Of a stretch of DNA of 64,000 nucleotides, positions 19,496 through 29,677 are shown piece after piece. A program made the position numbers and the translations under genes. Numbering within the stretch: position 1 is the first letter of the stretch; every line of letters starts with the position of its first letter. The notes beneath the pieces were generated by a model. The model saw only the letters and a list, made by a program, of their open reading frames with translations, did not search any database and was not told the DNA's origin. Source of the DNA: an uncultured Gemmatimonadales bacterium (lineage in GTDB: Bacteria > Gemmatimonadota > Gemmatimonadetes > Longimicrobiales > Gaopeijiaceae); contig CAWELD010000010.1 in NCBI GenBank assembly GCA_963809895.1, forward strand, positions 832,001-896,000, in the 5' to 3' direction.

Positions 19496-20092
19496 TCACC
19501 CCGCCCCGGCGGCCTCGTGGAGTGCCCGTTCCAGCAGATCGGACACGCCCAGCCGACGCGCCCATGTGCTCAGGCGAGATTGGTCGAGGTGCGTACGCTG
19601 CATCCTCAGGATCGCGATCACATCGCGCCACTGGCGCTCCGACACCTCTCCGCCTCGTCGGAACCACTCGAGCTTCCGCAGCACCGAATGTTCGGCCGTA
19701 TCTACGTACGCGTGAGTCTCCGACTCGGTAGGCAGCTGCAGTGGCTGGCGTGCGTCCAGACGCTCGAGATCGAAGGGGTCGTCTCCCGCGAGGAAGAAGT
19801 CCACCTTCACCGCGGCGTTCATGTGGATCACGTTGAAGTGATGCCCTGATCTGATGGCCGCTCGGAGCGCCGGCTCGCTCACGTAGTAGTCACTCCGGAT
19901 CGCCTCGATGAAGGGTTCGACGTGCTCTGTGCGGAAGTCCACGAGGATGTCGACATCGTTGGTGGAACGGGGCTCGCCGTGCACTGAGCTCGCCAACGAC
20001 CCCCCGATGAGATAGCGCACACCGAGACGCTCCAGCACACCCGTGATCGAAGCAGCGACCTCGAGGGGGTCGGGAAGTTCAATGGGTCCCAT
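19496..20092 (-). CDS. Pol-beta-type nucleotidyltransferase (DUF6036-like), putative toxin
   Basis: YLIGGSLASSVHGEPRSTNDVDILV (GG/GS..DxD), KVDFF, KLEWFRRGG..SERQWRDV. Confidence 0.85.
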   Translation of the reverse strand: MGPIELPDPLEVAASITGVLERLGVRYLIGGSLASSVHGEPRSTNDVDILVDFRTEHVEPFIEAIRSDYYVSEPALRAAIRSGHHFNVIHMNAAVKVDFFLAGDDPFDLERLDARQPLQLPTESETHAYVDTAEHSVLRKLEWFRRGGEVSERQWRDVIAILRMQRTHLDQSRLSTWARRLGVSDLLERALHEAAGAG

Positions 20093-20342
20093 CGGGCTCC
20101 GGAGCGCTTCCGTAGACGCGGGCGAAGGTCTCGGGCCCAAGCCGCTGCACGGCGAGTTGCCGCAGTTGCTCTGCATCGTCTGAGCGCGGTTCCCTCATCC
20201 GCCGTCCTGCCAGCGCCAGGCGAGCTACCGCCAACGTCAACTGGCGAACACGGCGGAGCTTGTCCGTGGGCGACATGCGGGCGTAGCGGGCGTCGAGCCG
20301 CTCAATGATGGCCGGGTCGGTGTCCTGGTGTGTCATGGTCAC
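20079..20342 (-). CDS. Small helical protein, putative antitoxin partner of the nucleotidyltransferase
   Basis: DTDPAI..YARMSPTDKLRR; overlaps the NTase start and the kinase stop. Confidence 0.7.
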   Translation of the reverse strand: MTMTHQDTDPAIIERLDARYARMSPTDKLRRVRQLTLAVARLALAGRRMREPRSDDAEQLRQLAVQRLGPETFARVYGSAPEPDGTH

Positions 20343-23335
20343 TGATCGGTCTTTGCCCTCAGCGCATCCAGACGCCGTTGAACGTCTTCGCGCTGGGGGA
20401 TGAGCGCGGAGTCCGCGTCGACCCGGTCCTTCACGAAGCGATCGTAATAGTAGATGGCCTGGAGGGTGCGGCCGGCTGCCTCGTGGATCCGCCCCAACCG
20501 CTCGTACGACGAAACCAGGAAGAGCTTGTCGGGCGGCGCGAAGTCGTTGACGATCCCTTCGTAGAAGTAGCGGGCCACCTCGGGGTCGCCACGTTCCAGC
20601 TCGAGCTCGGCGCGGAGGAAGCGCGCGTGCGAGCCGTGGGTGATGGAGAGGTCATTCGCGGTGGGCGGCACCTGGTAGGCAAGGGTGCGGAGCAGTTCCA
20701 ACGCCTTCTCGTGGTCTCCCTGGTGGTAGTAGAGGTCCGCGGCCAGCCCTCCGGCGGCGTCCTCCCTCAGCGACTCGAAGGCCGTGAAGTCGGGCATCTC
20801 CGAGATCCCCTGCTGGATCTCCCACGCTTCATCGAAACGTCCCTGCAGCGCCAGCAGCCGAGCGACGCTGACGTCGCGCTCGAGTGTCATCACGGCGGGC
20901 GTGAAGATGTCGTGGAGCGGTTCGAAGAGAGTCCGGAGTCGTTCCTGGGGATCGACCGTCTTCACCCGGGCGAGCACCTGCGCGAGCAGGGCCGAGTCGA
21001 CGGGGACGACCTCGGACGCCACCAATTCGGCGTCCCAGACGTTCCAGGTGGGCGTCCGTGGCCGCGAATCGTCCGCCAGGAAGGCGCGCACCCGATCGTA
21101 GCGGCCGGTTGCGATCCAGTACAACGCCTCGATCCACACGCTCAGGTCCGTGTCCACGACGACGCCCGCGGGAAGACCCGTAGCGGTGTTGACGGGGCCT
21201 CCGCGTTCCCGGGCCATAAGTGTCTCGACGTCGTGGGGGTCGTCGGAGAAGCGTAGCGCGTTGTACTCGGAATAGAGCCGCACGAGCAGCGACTGGTTGG
21301 CGAAGTCAGCCGTGTAGCGTGCGAGGGCGACGGAGTCCTTGAGGGCGAATGCCGCCATGGTCCCCACGTCGACAGCCCATTCCGTGTTGGGTGCCACCCG
21401 ATCCAGGGCCCGGGAGCGTGCGAGGAGCGAGTCGTAGCGGCCAGCGGCGGCGTCGAGGCGTCCGAGGTTGTGCAGCGCCGGGACGTTGTCCGGCTCGAGG
21501 GCGAGGACGCGCTCGAAATACGGAGTCGCCTGATCCATGGGGCGTCCCCACCGGGGGTTCGCACGCGTGTATACCACCGCGAGCTGGAGCAGGGCCTTCA
21601 CCTCGTCCGGGTAGCGCTGCAAGTGGGCGACGTACCCCTGCGCGGCGGCGGTTTCGCGGCCCGATTGCTGGTCGAGGAACGCGGCGGCGAGGGAGCGGTC
21701 TCGTTCCGGCAGATCACCCGAATAGCGCATCGCCTTCACCGCCGCCACGTAGTCGTCCGTGTCGTAGGTGTAGGCGTTGTTCATGCTCTTCATGAGATGG
21801 GCGAGCGCGAACGTGGAGTCGTAGGTCAGGGCGCGGTTGTAGGCCGCCGAGGCGCTGTCGAACTGGCCGTGCCGGTGGAACTGCTCTCCCCGTAGGAACT
21901 CCTTGGTGGCCTGGATCGAGCGGGAGCTCTGGGCGGCGCTCCGCTGGATCCGGGCGTTCGCGCCGCTCAGCGAGGTCTCCAGCAACCCGGCTGCGAGGCG
22001 ATCCACGAGAGTGAAGAGGCTGTCGACGCTTCCCTCGACGGTGACCAGGGGCGCCTCGACGGCGGCTGGGCCGACCCCGCGCATCCGGGCGGAGATGCTC
22101 ACCCGGCCGAGCTGGCCCACGACCTGCCCGCTGACGAAACGGCCCGCGCCGAGGGCGGCCGCCAGCTCGGCGCCACGGGCCGCGTCCATGGGCTGGTCCG
22201 ACCCCTGGCCGGTCCGCCCCACCACGGCCCGTGGATCGACCGTGCGCAGGGGGCCGGCTCCGTCGAGTCGGCCGGCCACCAGGTCCATGAGGCCTTCCGA
22301 GAGGTACGCGAGCTCGGGGGTCCCGTTCACGGTGAAGGGGAGGACGGCGATCACGTCATGCCTGTTCTCGGGCGTCCCGTCCGCAGGCGACGACGGGTGG
22401 CGAATCGCGTATGTGGCTGCGAGGGCCGCGACGAACACGGCAGCGGCGCCGGGAAGGGCCCATCGCTTCAGGGGGCGGGAGTCGTGCGCCTCTGATGCGG
22501 CCAGGGTCGCACGCCCCGAGCCCCCGGTCGCCCCTTCGAGGGCGTCGAGGAACTCGGAGGCGTCGGCGTAGCGCCGGGCCGGCTCCTTTTCCATGGCCCG
22601 TTGGATCGTCGCAGCCAGGGCGGGCGGTATGCCCCTCCCCAGATCGGCCAGGGGTGGAGGCTCGGTGGTGAGGATGAGGTTGAGGAGCGCCAGGGAATTG
22701 GAAGCCCGGAATGGGGGCTGCCCTGCGAGCATTTCGTAGGCCATGACGCCAAGGGACCAGACGTCGGAGGCGGGCGTCACCTCATGGCCGGAAGCCTGCT
22801 CCGGGCTCATGTATGCGGCGGTGCCGAGGGTGGTCCCGGTCGCCGTCAGAGATTCCCCGGTCTGGAGCTTGGCGAGGCCGAAGTCCAGGAGACGCACGTC
22901 GTCGTCGTCGCCCACCATGACGTTGGCAGGCTTGATGTCACGGTGGACGATGCCGGCGGCATGCGCGCGCTTCAGGGCCTGCGCCACCTGCCGGACGATG
23001 TGCACCGTGCGCTCGACGGTGAAGGCCTCCTGCTTCAGGCGGCGCTGGAGCGTATCGCCGTCGTAGAGCGCCATGACGAGGTAGAGCTCGCCCTCGTCCG
23101 TCTCACCGACGTCGTGGATCGTGCAGATGTTGGGGTGGTCGAGGGCAGATGCGGCCTTCGCTTCGCGGATGAAGCGCGACTTGGCGTCGGGGTCGCTGAC
23201 CAGCCGGCGCGCCAGGAACTTGATCGCCACAGGGCGGTCCAGACGGGTGTCCACGGCGCGGTACACGTCGCCCATCCCGCCCTGACCGAGCAGGTCGCCC
23301 AGTCGGTAATGCCCGATGGTGACGCCGGTGCGCAT
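20339..23335 (-). CDS. Ser/Thr protein kinase with TM, TolB-N-like and TPR domains
   Basis: LGQGGMGDVY, HRDIKPAN, DFGLAK, GTAAYMSPEQ; IAVLPF; TPR-like helices. Confidence 0.93.
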   Translation of the reverse strand: MRTGVTIGHYRLGDLLGQGGMGDVYRAVDTRLDRPVAIKFLARRLVSDPDAKSRFIREAKAASALDHPNICTIHDVGETDEGELYLVMALYDGDTLQRRLKQEAFTVERTVHIVRQVAQALKRAHAAGIVHRDIKPANVMVGDDDDVRLLDFGLAKLQTGESLTATGTTLGTAAYMSPEQASGHEVTPASDVWSLGVMAYEMLAGQPPFRASNSLALLNLILTTEPPPLADLGRGIPPALAATIQRAMEKEPARRYADASEFLDALEGATGGSGRATLAASEAHDSRPLKRWALPGAAAVFVAALAATYAIRHPSSPADGTPENRHDVIAVLPFTVNGTPELAYLSEGLMDLVAGRLDGAGPLRTVDPRAVVGRTGQGSDQPMDAARGAELAAALGAGRFVSGQVVGQLGRVSISARMRGVGPAAVEAPLVTVEGSVDSLFTLVDRLAAGLLETSLSGANARIQRSAAQSSRSIQATKEFLRGEQFHRHGQFDSASAAYNRALTYDSTFALAHLMKSMNNAYTYDTDDYVAAVKAMRYSGDLPERDRSLAAAFLDQQSGRETAAAQGYVAHLQRYPDEVKALLQLAVVYTRANPRWGRPMDQATPYFERVLALEPDNVPALHNLGRLDAAAGRYDSLLARSRALDRVAPNTEWAVDVGTMAAFALKDSVALARYTADFANQSLLVRLYSEYNALRFSDDPHDVETLMARERGGPVNTATGLPAGVVVDTDLSVWIEALYWIATGRYDRVRAFLADDSRPRTPTWNVWDAELVASEVVPVDSALLAQVLARVKTVDPQERLRTLFEPLHDIFTPAVMTLERDVSVARLLALQGRFDEAWEIQQGISEMPDFTAFESLREDAAGGLAADLYYHQGDHEKALELLRTLAYQVPPTANDLSITHGSHARFLRAELELERGDPEVARYFYEGIVNDFAPPDKLFLVSSYERLGRIHEAAGRTLQAIYYYDRFVKDRVDADSALIPQREDVQRRLDALRAKTDQ

Positions 23336-23722
23336 GGAGGCGGGATTCCGGTAGGGTGGCCTGCTTCAGCGGGGGACTCGCAAGGTGGTTTCCCTCCGCC
23401 TGCGGTGTCAAACGGACGGGGCCCCGGTCGGTGGAAGGTCCGTGGGCGGAGTCGAGCGTCGCGCGGGCCGCGCGGACCGGCATCGGGGTGACGTGCAACC
23501 CGACCCCCACATACCGCATTTCTCGACCAAAGGACGAGTGAACTCGGTGAGCGGGTTGAATCGGGGCAGCCGTCGTGGTCGTGGACGGGACAGGGGAGAT
23601 TCGACCCGGTGGGCGAGTGGAACAGACCAAACGTCGCGCGCCGGCGCACGTTCGGTCCCGGAGTGACGTCGGGTCCGTGGACGCGGTCGCTTCCCGCGCG
23701 CCGCGTGGCGGGGCGGGTGCCC

Positions 23723-24677
23723 TCATCCACGTCCGCTGCCGAACGCTCGCCCCAGCGTGAAGAGGAGCTCCCCGGACCTCCGTTCGATCTGCGTCCAGGT
23801 GACGCGCACCACCCGATAGCCACGGGCGGCGAGATCGGCGTCGCGCCGCCGGTCCGCCTCGAATGAGAGGCGGGACGCGTGATAGGGGAACCCGTCGATC
23901 TCCACGACCAGTCGGGCGGCGGGCCAGAAGAAGTCCACCTCGTGGCCGGCCACCCGCACGTTCGTCTTCACCTTCGGCAGCTTGGCCTTTCGGACCAGTG
24001 AGAGGAAGCGCTCCTCGGCTTCCGAGCGAGTGAAGGCCGGGTCGCCCGCGTCGAGGAGCGCCCGAAGGCGCCCTGTGCCGGGCTGCCGCCGATGGCGTTC
24101 GACGAGCGCCCGGAGGGTCGGCGGTCGTAATGGCCTCCAGGCCCAGTGCTTTGGCGAAGGCCTGCTCGAGCATGCGGTCGCGGATCGTTCGGGTGGCCGC
24201 CAGGTCGAGGAGCGTGCGGGCGGGGGTGGTGATGGGGATGGCGTCGTGGACCGTGGTCTCGTCGTCCGGCATGCCGCGACATTGATGCACCTGGACGCCG
24301 GAACGTCGGCGCTTGCCGCGACGGACGCTGATGTGGATGGGCTCGGACGGGTTGGCACTCGGCAGCAGGCCGAGAATGCCGGCAGCTGTCCGATGGCTGA
24401 CGACCGCGGTCGGCCCGCAGGCCAGGCAGGCGGCCATGACGGTCGCCAGGGGTGGCAGGATCGGCCCGACCAGGTAGACGCCACGATGGGCCGGCCGCAA
24501 TCCCCCGGATTGAATGCGGCCGTTGACCTGACCCCGGGAGATCCCGGCCGCCAGGAGCTGAGCTCGGGTCACCACCCCGTGCTGGCGCTCCGCGAGGGCG
24601 TAGATGGTGGCGGTCACGCTAGCCGAACCCGCGTCCTTGCGACGGGCGGATGTGTTGGGCTGCTGCGAACGTTCCAT
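23723..24677 (-). CDS. AbiEi-like N-terminal domain + DUF559 (Vsr-like endonuclease) protein; apparent frameshift ~24125
   Basis: ERQHGVVTRAQLLAAG..HRGVY, TTPARTLLDLA; then TRSEAEERF, EVDFFW..LVVEIDG..H..DRRRD..GYRVVRVTW. Confidence 0.85.
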
Positions 24678-24988
24678 GCGTGGCCACCTCCAGGGCGAGA
24701 GGGATGATTCGGCGGGCCAGGAAGGACGAAGGTCGGCGGCGCCATCGCCCCCTGCGTCGCGAGCCCGGCTTCGACACCGATGGCGCGTCAAACACGGCCA
24801 GCCGCCCATGGACGTCCCACGCGCAGTCCCGGCGAGCCGTCGCCCTCGAAGAACGCTGGATCCATGGGGCCCTGGCATGGCGGAATGCGCCGGAGCCGGA
24901 GCCGGCGGCGGCATTGCGGCACACCTGGCCGCGTAGCGGCGGCCGGCACCGTTCCAACCCTGCAACGGCCTCTCCCGTCTCATAGTAC

Positions 24989-25013
24989 GACAATGCTATA
25001 CTATAGCGTTGTC
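24989..25013. promoter_or_regulatory. Palindromic operator candidate for PadR
   Basis: GACAATGCTATA-C-TATAGCGTTGTC, one mismatch, AT-rich island just upstream of padR. Confidence 0.6.
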
Positions 25014-25046
25014 AGCTTAGGCTACGCCGATCGTCGGAGGGGAGTC

Positions 25047-25373
25047 GTGGGCCGCACCACACTGGGCGAGTTCGAGCACCAGGTGCTCCTGACCATCCTA
25101 CGTCTGGAGGGTGAGTCGTACTCCGTGCCCATCGTCGCCGAATTGGAGGCGCGTACGGGACGGGAGGCCGCCACCTCGGCGGTCTACGTGGCGCTTCGGC
25201 GTCTGGAGGCCAAGGAGATGCTCACCTCCAGACTGGAATCCCCGGAAGAGAGCGGTGAGCCCTACCCACGCCGCTACTTCGCGCTCACCGAGTCCGCACT
25301 CGAGCCCTTGAAGGAGGCGCGCCAGGCGTTCTTGAGCCTCTGGGACGGGCTGGAGCCGGCGTTGGACGACTGA
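25047..25373 (+). CDS. PadR-family regulator (permease-associated type)
   Basis: LGEFEHQVLLTILRL..VYVALRRLEAK..RRYFALT; GGAGG RBS. Confidence 0.92.
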   Translation: MGRTTLGEFEHQVLLTILRLEGESYSVPIVAELEARTGREAATSAVYVALRRLEAKEMLTSRLESPEESGEPYPRRYFALTESALEPLKEARQAFLSLWDGLEPALDD

Positions 25374-25390
25374 GAGGATCGAGAGGACGC

Positions 25391-28063
25391 ATGTGGGGGG
25401 ACGGGAAGGAAGCTGGACCGCCGGCCGTGGCCCGCTGGGTACTTCGGCGGGTGGTGGGAAGGGCGGAGGCCCCGGTGGTCGAAGGAGAGCTGGCCGAGGC
25501 CTTTCGCGCACGCGCTGCGAAAGACGGCGTCGGTCGCGCCCGCTGGTGGTATCGGCGCCAGGTTCTGGGATTCGTGCTCCGTGCCCCGGCGGCGCGGCGC
25601 GCCCAACGGGAGGAGGGGAGGATGGGGGTCTTCGGAGACGTGGGACGGGATCTGGCGTGGGCGGTGCGAGGGCTGCGGCGGCGGCCGACGTTCACGGTGG
25701 TGGCGGTGCTCACACTGGCGCTGGGGATCGGGTCCAACTCGGCGATCTTCACCCTGCTGAGCGCCCATTTCCTCGCGCCGCTCCCGTATGATCGCCCCGA
25801 CGATCTGGTCCTCATCTGGGAGGCGGACCGGGCTACCGGCGAGGTCACGACGGTTTCGCCCGGGAACTACTACGCCTGGAAGGAGACGGCGCGGTCGCTG
25901 AGCGCTGTGGCTGCCTTCAACGTGGACGGCGTCACCCTTTCAGGAGAGGGGGGAGCCGCGGAGGAAGTGGCGGCCAGCATCGTCACGCCCGACTTCTTCT
26001 CCGTCCTGGGCGTGCAGCCCGAGTTGGGCTCGACCTTCACCGCCGAGTCGGCCCGCCAGGCCTCCGGGGACCTGGTGCTGCTGAGCCATCCCTTGTGGGT
26101 GGGCCGATACGGGAGCGATCCGGCGATCGTGGGGCGCACCGTCCGCATCGACGGGCGGCCTCACACGGTAGTGGGGGTCATGCCGGCCACCTTCCGGCAG
26201 CCGGAGCGCCAACTGAGTTGGCAGGGCGCCCGCCTGTGGCGTCCGCTCCTCCTGGACGGGGAGCACGACGACTTCGAGTTCCGCTACCTGCGCACCGTGG
26301 CCCGCATCGCACCGGGATCCACCCTGGACCAGGTGCGCGCCGAGATGACAGGGCTGTCGGAGCGACTGACCGAGGCCCACCCGGACCAGAACGGGGCGTG
26401 GACGGTCACGGTGCGCACCCTGGACGACTACCTGCTCGGGGACGCCCGGCCGATCCTGCTGCTGCTCCTCGCCGCCGGTGCGGCGATCCTGCTCATCGTG
26501 TGCGCGAACGTGGCCAATCTCACCCTGGCCCGAGGACAGGAGCGCCACCGGGAATTCGCGGTCAGGACGGCACTTGGGGCCGGCGGCGGGCGCCTGGTGC
26601 GTCAGGTCCTGGTGGAAGGCCTCGTGTTGGCCGCGGCTGGCGCCGCCGTGGGGATGGTGCTGGTGTACGCCACGCACGGTACGCTCCAGGCCGTGCAGCG
26701 TCGCTATTTCTCCGGCCTCGTGGACGTCGCGGTGAATGGGTGGGTCGTGGGGCTCACCTCGGCGGTGGCGCTTGGGGCGGGCCTCCTGTTCGCGCTCCCC
26801 CTGGCCCGGACGGCGGCCGCGGACGGCGTCGCGGGTACGCTGAGGGAAGGAGACGCCCGGGGCGGATCCGGACGGCGCGCTGCCAGGACCCGCGACCTGC
26901 TCATCGTCGGCCAGGTGGCGCTGGCTACCACGCTCCTGGTGGCGTCTGCGCTGCTGACCCGGTCCTTCGACGCCCTGGTGAACGTTCCGCCGGGCTTCGA
27001 CCCGGCCGGGCGTGTGACCTTCGACCTCTACCCACCTCGCACGACCTATCCGGACTACCCGGCCGTCCAGCGCTACTACCAGGAGATCCGGCGCACCGTG
27101 GAAGCGGTGCCGGGGGTGACGGCCATGTCCATGACCTCGGACCTGCCCTTCACGTCGGAGAATCGATGGACTCCGTTCGGCGTGGAGGGCACGCCGTACG
27201 ACGAGTCCACCGCTCCCAAGGCCGACTACCACTCGGTGCTCCCCGACTACTTCCAGGTCATGGGGATCCCTCTGGTGCAAGGGCGGATCTTCGACGAGAT
27301 GTGGGATCCGGTGCCCATGGAGGGCGCGCCGGTGGTGGTCAACCGACGCATGGCGTCCATGCTCGCGCCCGATGGCGACCCGTTGGGGCGCGGGCTTCAA
27401 CTCGTACGCGACGACAGCACCATCACGCTGCGCGTGGTGGGCGTGGTGGAGGATGTCCTGGATGACGGGTACGCCGCTCACCCCGAGCCCATCTTCTACC
27501 TGCCCGTCGCCGTCAGCCCCCCACGTGGCATGTCCATGGTTGTTCGGCTGCAGGGTGAGGTGGGCCCGGTGATGGGCCGTATCCGTCAGGCCGTGGCCTC
27601 CGTGGACCCCGACATCCCGGCGGGAGGACTGCGCACGCTGGACGCACTGCTGGCGGAGACCGTGGCCCGGCCCAGGGCGGCGTCACGCCTGGGAAGCCTG
27701 CTGGCGCTGCTCGCGCTCCTGGTGGCCGCAGCCGGCATCTACGGCGTGCTCAGCTACGCGGTGCAGAGCCGGACCCGGGAGATCGGAATCCGCGCGGCGT
27801 TGGGCGCCGACGGCGGGCGCCTCATGTCCATGGTGCTGGGGCACTCCACGCGCCTGCTCACGGTGGGACTGGTGCTGGGGCTGGCGGGGGCGCTCGCGGT
27901 CGGCGGCGCGCTGTCGGGGATGCTCTTCGGCGTGCGAAGCTGGGATCCCCTCAGTCTTCTGGCAGCCGTTGTGATCCTTGGGTTCGTGGGAACGTTGGCG
28001 GCGTGGGTGCCGGCGCGCCGGGCCGTGCACATCGATCCCAGGGAGGCGCTGCGCGCGGACTAG
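25391..28063 (+). CDS. Duplicated MacB/FtsX-type ABC permease (ADOP-like orphan permease)
   Basis: VLTLALGIGSNSAIF, VCANVANL..REFAVRTALGAG, GIYGVLSY..RTREIGIRAALGA, PARRA..DP..ALRAD. Confidence 0.93.
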   Translation: MWGDGKEAGPPAVARWVLRRVVGRAEAPVVEGELAEAFRARAAKDGVGRARWWYRRQVLGFVLRAPAARRAQREEGRMGVFGDVGRDLAWAVRGLRRRPTFTVVAVLTLALGIGSNSAIFTLLSAHFLAPLPYDRPDDLVLIWEADRATGEVTTVSPGNYYAWKETARSLSAVAAFNVDGVTLSGEGGAAEEVAASIVTPDFFSVLGVQPELGSTFTAESARQASGDLVLLSHPLWVGRYGSDPAIVGRTVRIDGRPHTVVGVMPATFRQPERQLSWQGARLWRPLLLDGEHDDFEFRYLRTVARIAPGSTLDQVRAEMTGLSERLTEAHPDQNGAWTVTVRTLDDYLLGDARPILLLLLAAGAAILLIVCANVANLTLARGQERHREFAVRTALGAGGGRLVRQVLVEGLVLAAAGAAVGMVLVYATHGTLQAVQRRYFSGLVDVAVNGWVVGLTSAVALGAGLLFALPLARTAAADGVAGTLREGDARGGSGRRAARTRDLLIVGQVALATTLLVASALLTRSFDALVNVPPGFDPAGRVTFDLYPPRTTYPDYPAVQRYYQEIRRTVEAVPGVTAMSMTSDLPFTSENRWTPFGVEGTPYDESTAPKADYHSVLPDYFQVMGIPLVQGRIFDEMWDPVPMEGAPVVVNRRMASMLAPDGDPLGRGLQLVRDDSTITLRVVGVVEDVLDDGYAAHPEPIFYLPVAVSPPRGMSMVVRLQGEVGPVMGRIRQAVASVDPDIPAGGLRTLDALLAETVARPRAASRLGSLLALLALLVAAAGIYGVLSYAVQSRTREIGIRAALGADGGRLMSMVLGHSTRLLTVGLVLGLAGALAVGGALSGMLFGVRSWDPLSLLAAVVILGFVGTLAAWVPARRAVHIDPREALRAD

Positions 28064-28069
28064 CAGCGG

Positions 28070-28705
28070 CTACCGAGGCATCCAGTTGGACGGAAGAGAC
28101 CCGAAGGCGGGAGATGCTCGGAGGTGCCCGATCACCCGCCGATTCCCCGCCGCCGCGTCGCCTTCCGGCACCCGATCGCGACAGATGCCCCAGGGCCGGA
28201 TGATGAACCTGGCGTAGGCTTCGACGACCCGGCGCGTTACCGCGTCGTCGGCCCCGCACGTGGGCCGCACACCCTCGAAGTCCCGCTCGCGCACCCTCGG
28301 TGCCTTCAGGCCCAGCTTGACGTCCACGCAGTGGCCGACCTCGTGCATGACCGTGAATTCCAGCTGGGGCAACGGGTTCTGCCACCGATTGCGGGGGATG
28401 CCGATGAGGCCGAGGCCCGGTGTGATCACGAGGCGCTGCACGTCTTCGTCCGGCACGCCCGTGTTGTGCTCATGATGCGCGAACAGGCTGGAGACCTCAT
28501 GCGGTCTCCACGTGCCTCCGCCGGGGCCCCGGGCGGGCTTGTTCTCGATGATGAAGATGGGGAACAGTACTCTCAGATGCTGCTGCGGCATGCGGCTCAA
28601 CACCCTGGCCAGTCCGCGCGCCTTCGCTTGCCAACCGGGCGAGTCGATGAAGTTGTGGAAGTGGATGACACTTCCGCCGACCGGCACTCTCAGATGCTCG
28701 TACAT
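28070..28705 (-). CDS. Hypothetical protein with HExxH motif
   Basis: AGGAG RBS; VMHEVGHCVD; no signal peptide. Confidence 0.7.
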   Translation of the reverse strand: MYEHLRVPVGGSVIHFHNFIDSPGWQAKARGLARVLSRMPQQHLRVLFPIFIIENKPARGPGGGTWRPHEVSSLFAHHEHNTGVPDEDVQRLVITPGLGLIGIPRNRWQNPLPQLEFTVMHEVGHCVDVKLGLKAPRVRERDFEGVRPTCGADDAVTRRVVEAYARFIIRPWGICRDRVPEGDAAAGNRRVIGHLRASPAFGSLPSNWMPR

Positions 28706-28800
28706 GGCTCCTCCTGCGCTCAGGGTAGAGAGTAGGGACGTGGAGCGGCAAGGGAACGGGTCCGGGGAGGGGGTGAGGACGACGTCGCGAAGAGGAGAGC

Positions 28801-29664
28801 GTGAACATGTGGAGATTCGTGGATGTGATCGTAGTTCCGTACGACAGCGGCAGGCGTGGGTACCGGATGGGTGATGGGCCCACCGCCCTCGTGGACGGCG
28901 GGATCGAGAAGGCGCTTCGCGACACGGGAGTCGACGTATCGGTCCGTTGGGTCGAATCCGAAGATGGGGAGCCGCTGGCGACGGCGGTGGCGCACGCGGA
29001 GCGGGTCGCCGGGATGGTCCGCCATGCTCGGGCGCAGGGTCGGTTTCCGGTCGTGCTTGCCGGAAACTGCATCACCACCCTGGGAGGATTCGCCGGGGCG
29101 CGAGGGGCGGGCACCGGGCTGATCTGGCTCGATGCCCATGGGGACCTGAACACCCCCGAGACCAGCCCGAGCGGCTTTCTCGACGGCATGGGTCTCGCCG
29201 CCATCCTCGGCTGGTGCCATCGTGAGGCATTCGCGGCGGTGGGCGGTGAGAGTGACGAGCACCTCCTGGAGGAGCAGAACCTCCTGCTCGTCGGAGCTCG
29301 CGACTTCGATCCCGCCGAGGAACGAGCCATCGGATCGGGAATGGTCGCGCTCATGTCTCCTGCGGAGGCGTCAGACCAGGCGACGCGTGCTGCTCGGATC
29401 GGGGACTTCTGCGCGCCGCTGGATGACGTCTATGTGCACCTGGACCTGGACGTGCTGGACCCGGATGAGCGAGGCCCCGCGAATCACTTCCGCACGCCGG
29501 GAGGGTTGAGGCTCGACGACGTCCTCGCGCTCATCCGGGATGTGGCGTCGCAGCGGCCCGTGGTGGGCCTCACCGTGTCGGCCTACGATCCCGCCGTGGA
29601 CTCGAAAGGCCGCGTCGGCGAGGCCGCCCTGCTCTTGGTTCAGGAGGTCGCACACCTGGGATGA
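28801..29664 (+). CDS. Arginase/ureohydrolase-family protein
   Basis: WLDAHGDLNTPETSPSG, VGARDFD, YVHLDLDVLD, PGGL, AYDP. Confidence 0.9.
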   Translation: MNMWRFVDVIVVPYDSGRRGYRMGDGPTALVDGGIEKALRDTGVDVSVRWVESEDGEPLATAVAHAERVAGMVRHARAQGRFPVVLAGNCITTLGGFAGARGAGTGLIWLDAHGDLNTPETSPSGFLDGMGLAAILGWCHREAFAAVGGESDEHLLEEQNLLLVGARDFDPAEERAIGSGMVALMSPAEASDQATRAARIGDFCAPLDDVYVHLDLDVLDPDERGPANHFRTPGGLRLDDVLALIRDVASQRPVVGLTVSAYDPAVDSKGRVGEAALLLVQEVAHLG

Positions 29665-29677
29665 GCCGCTCCGGGCT

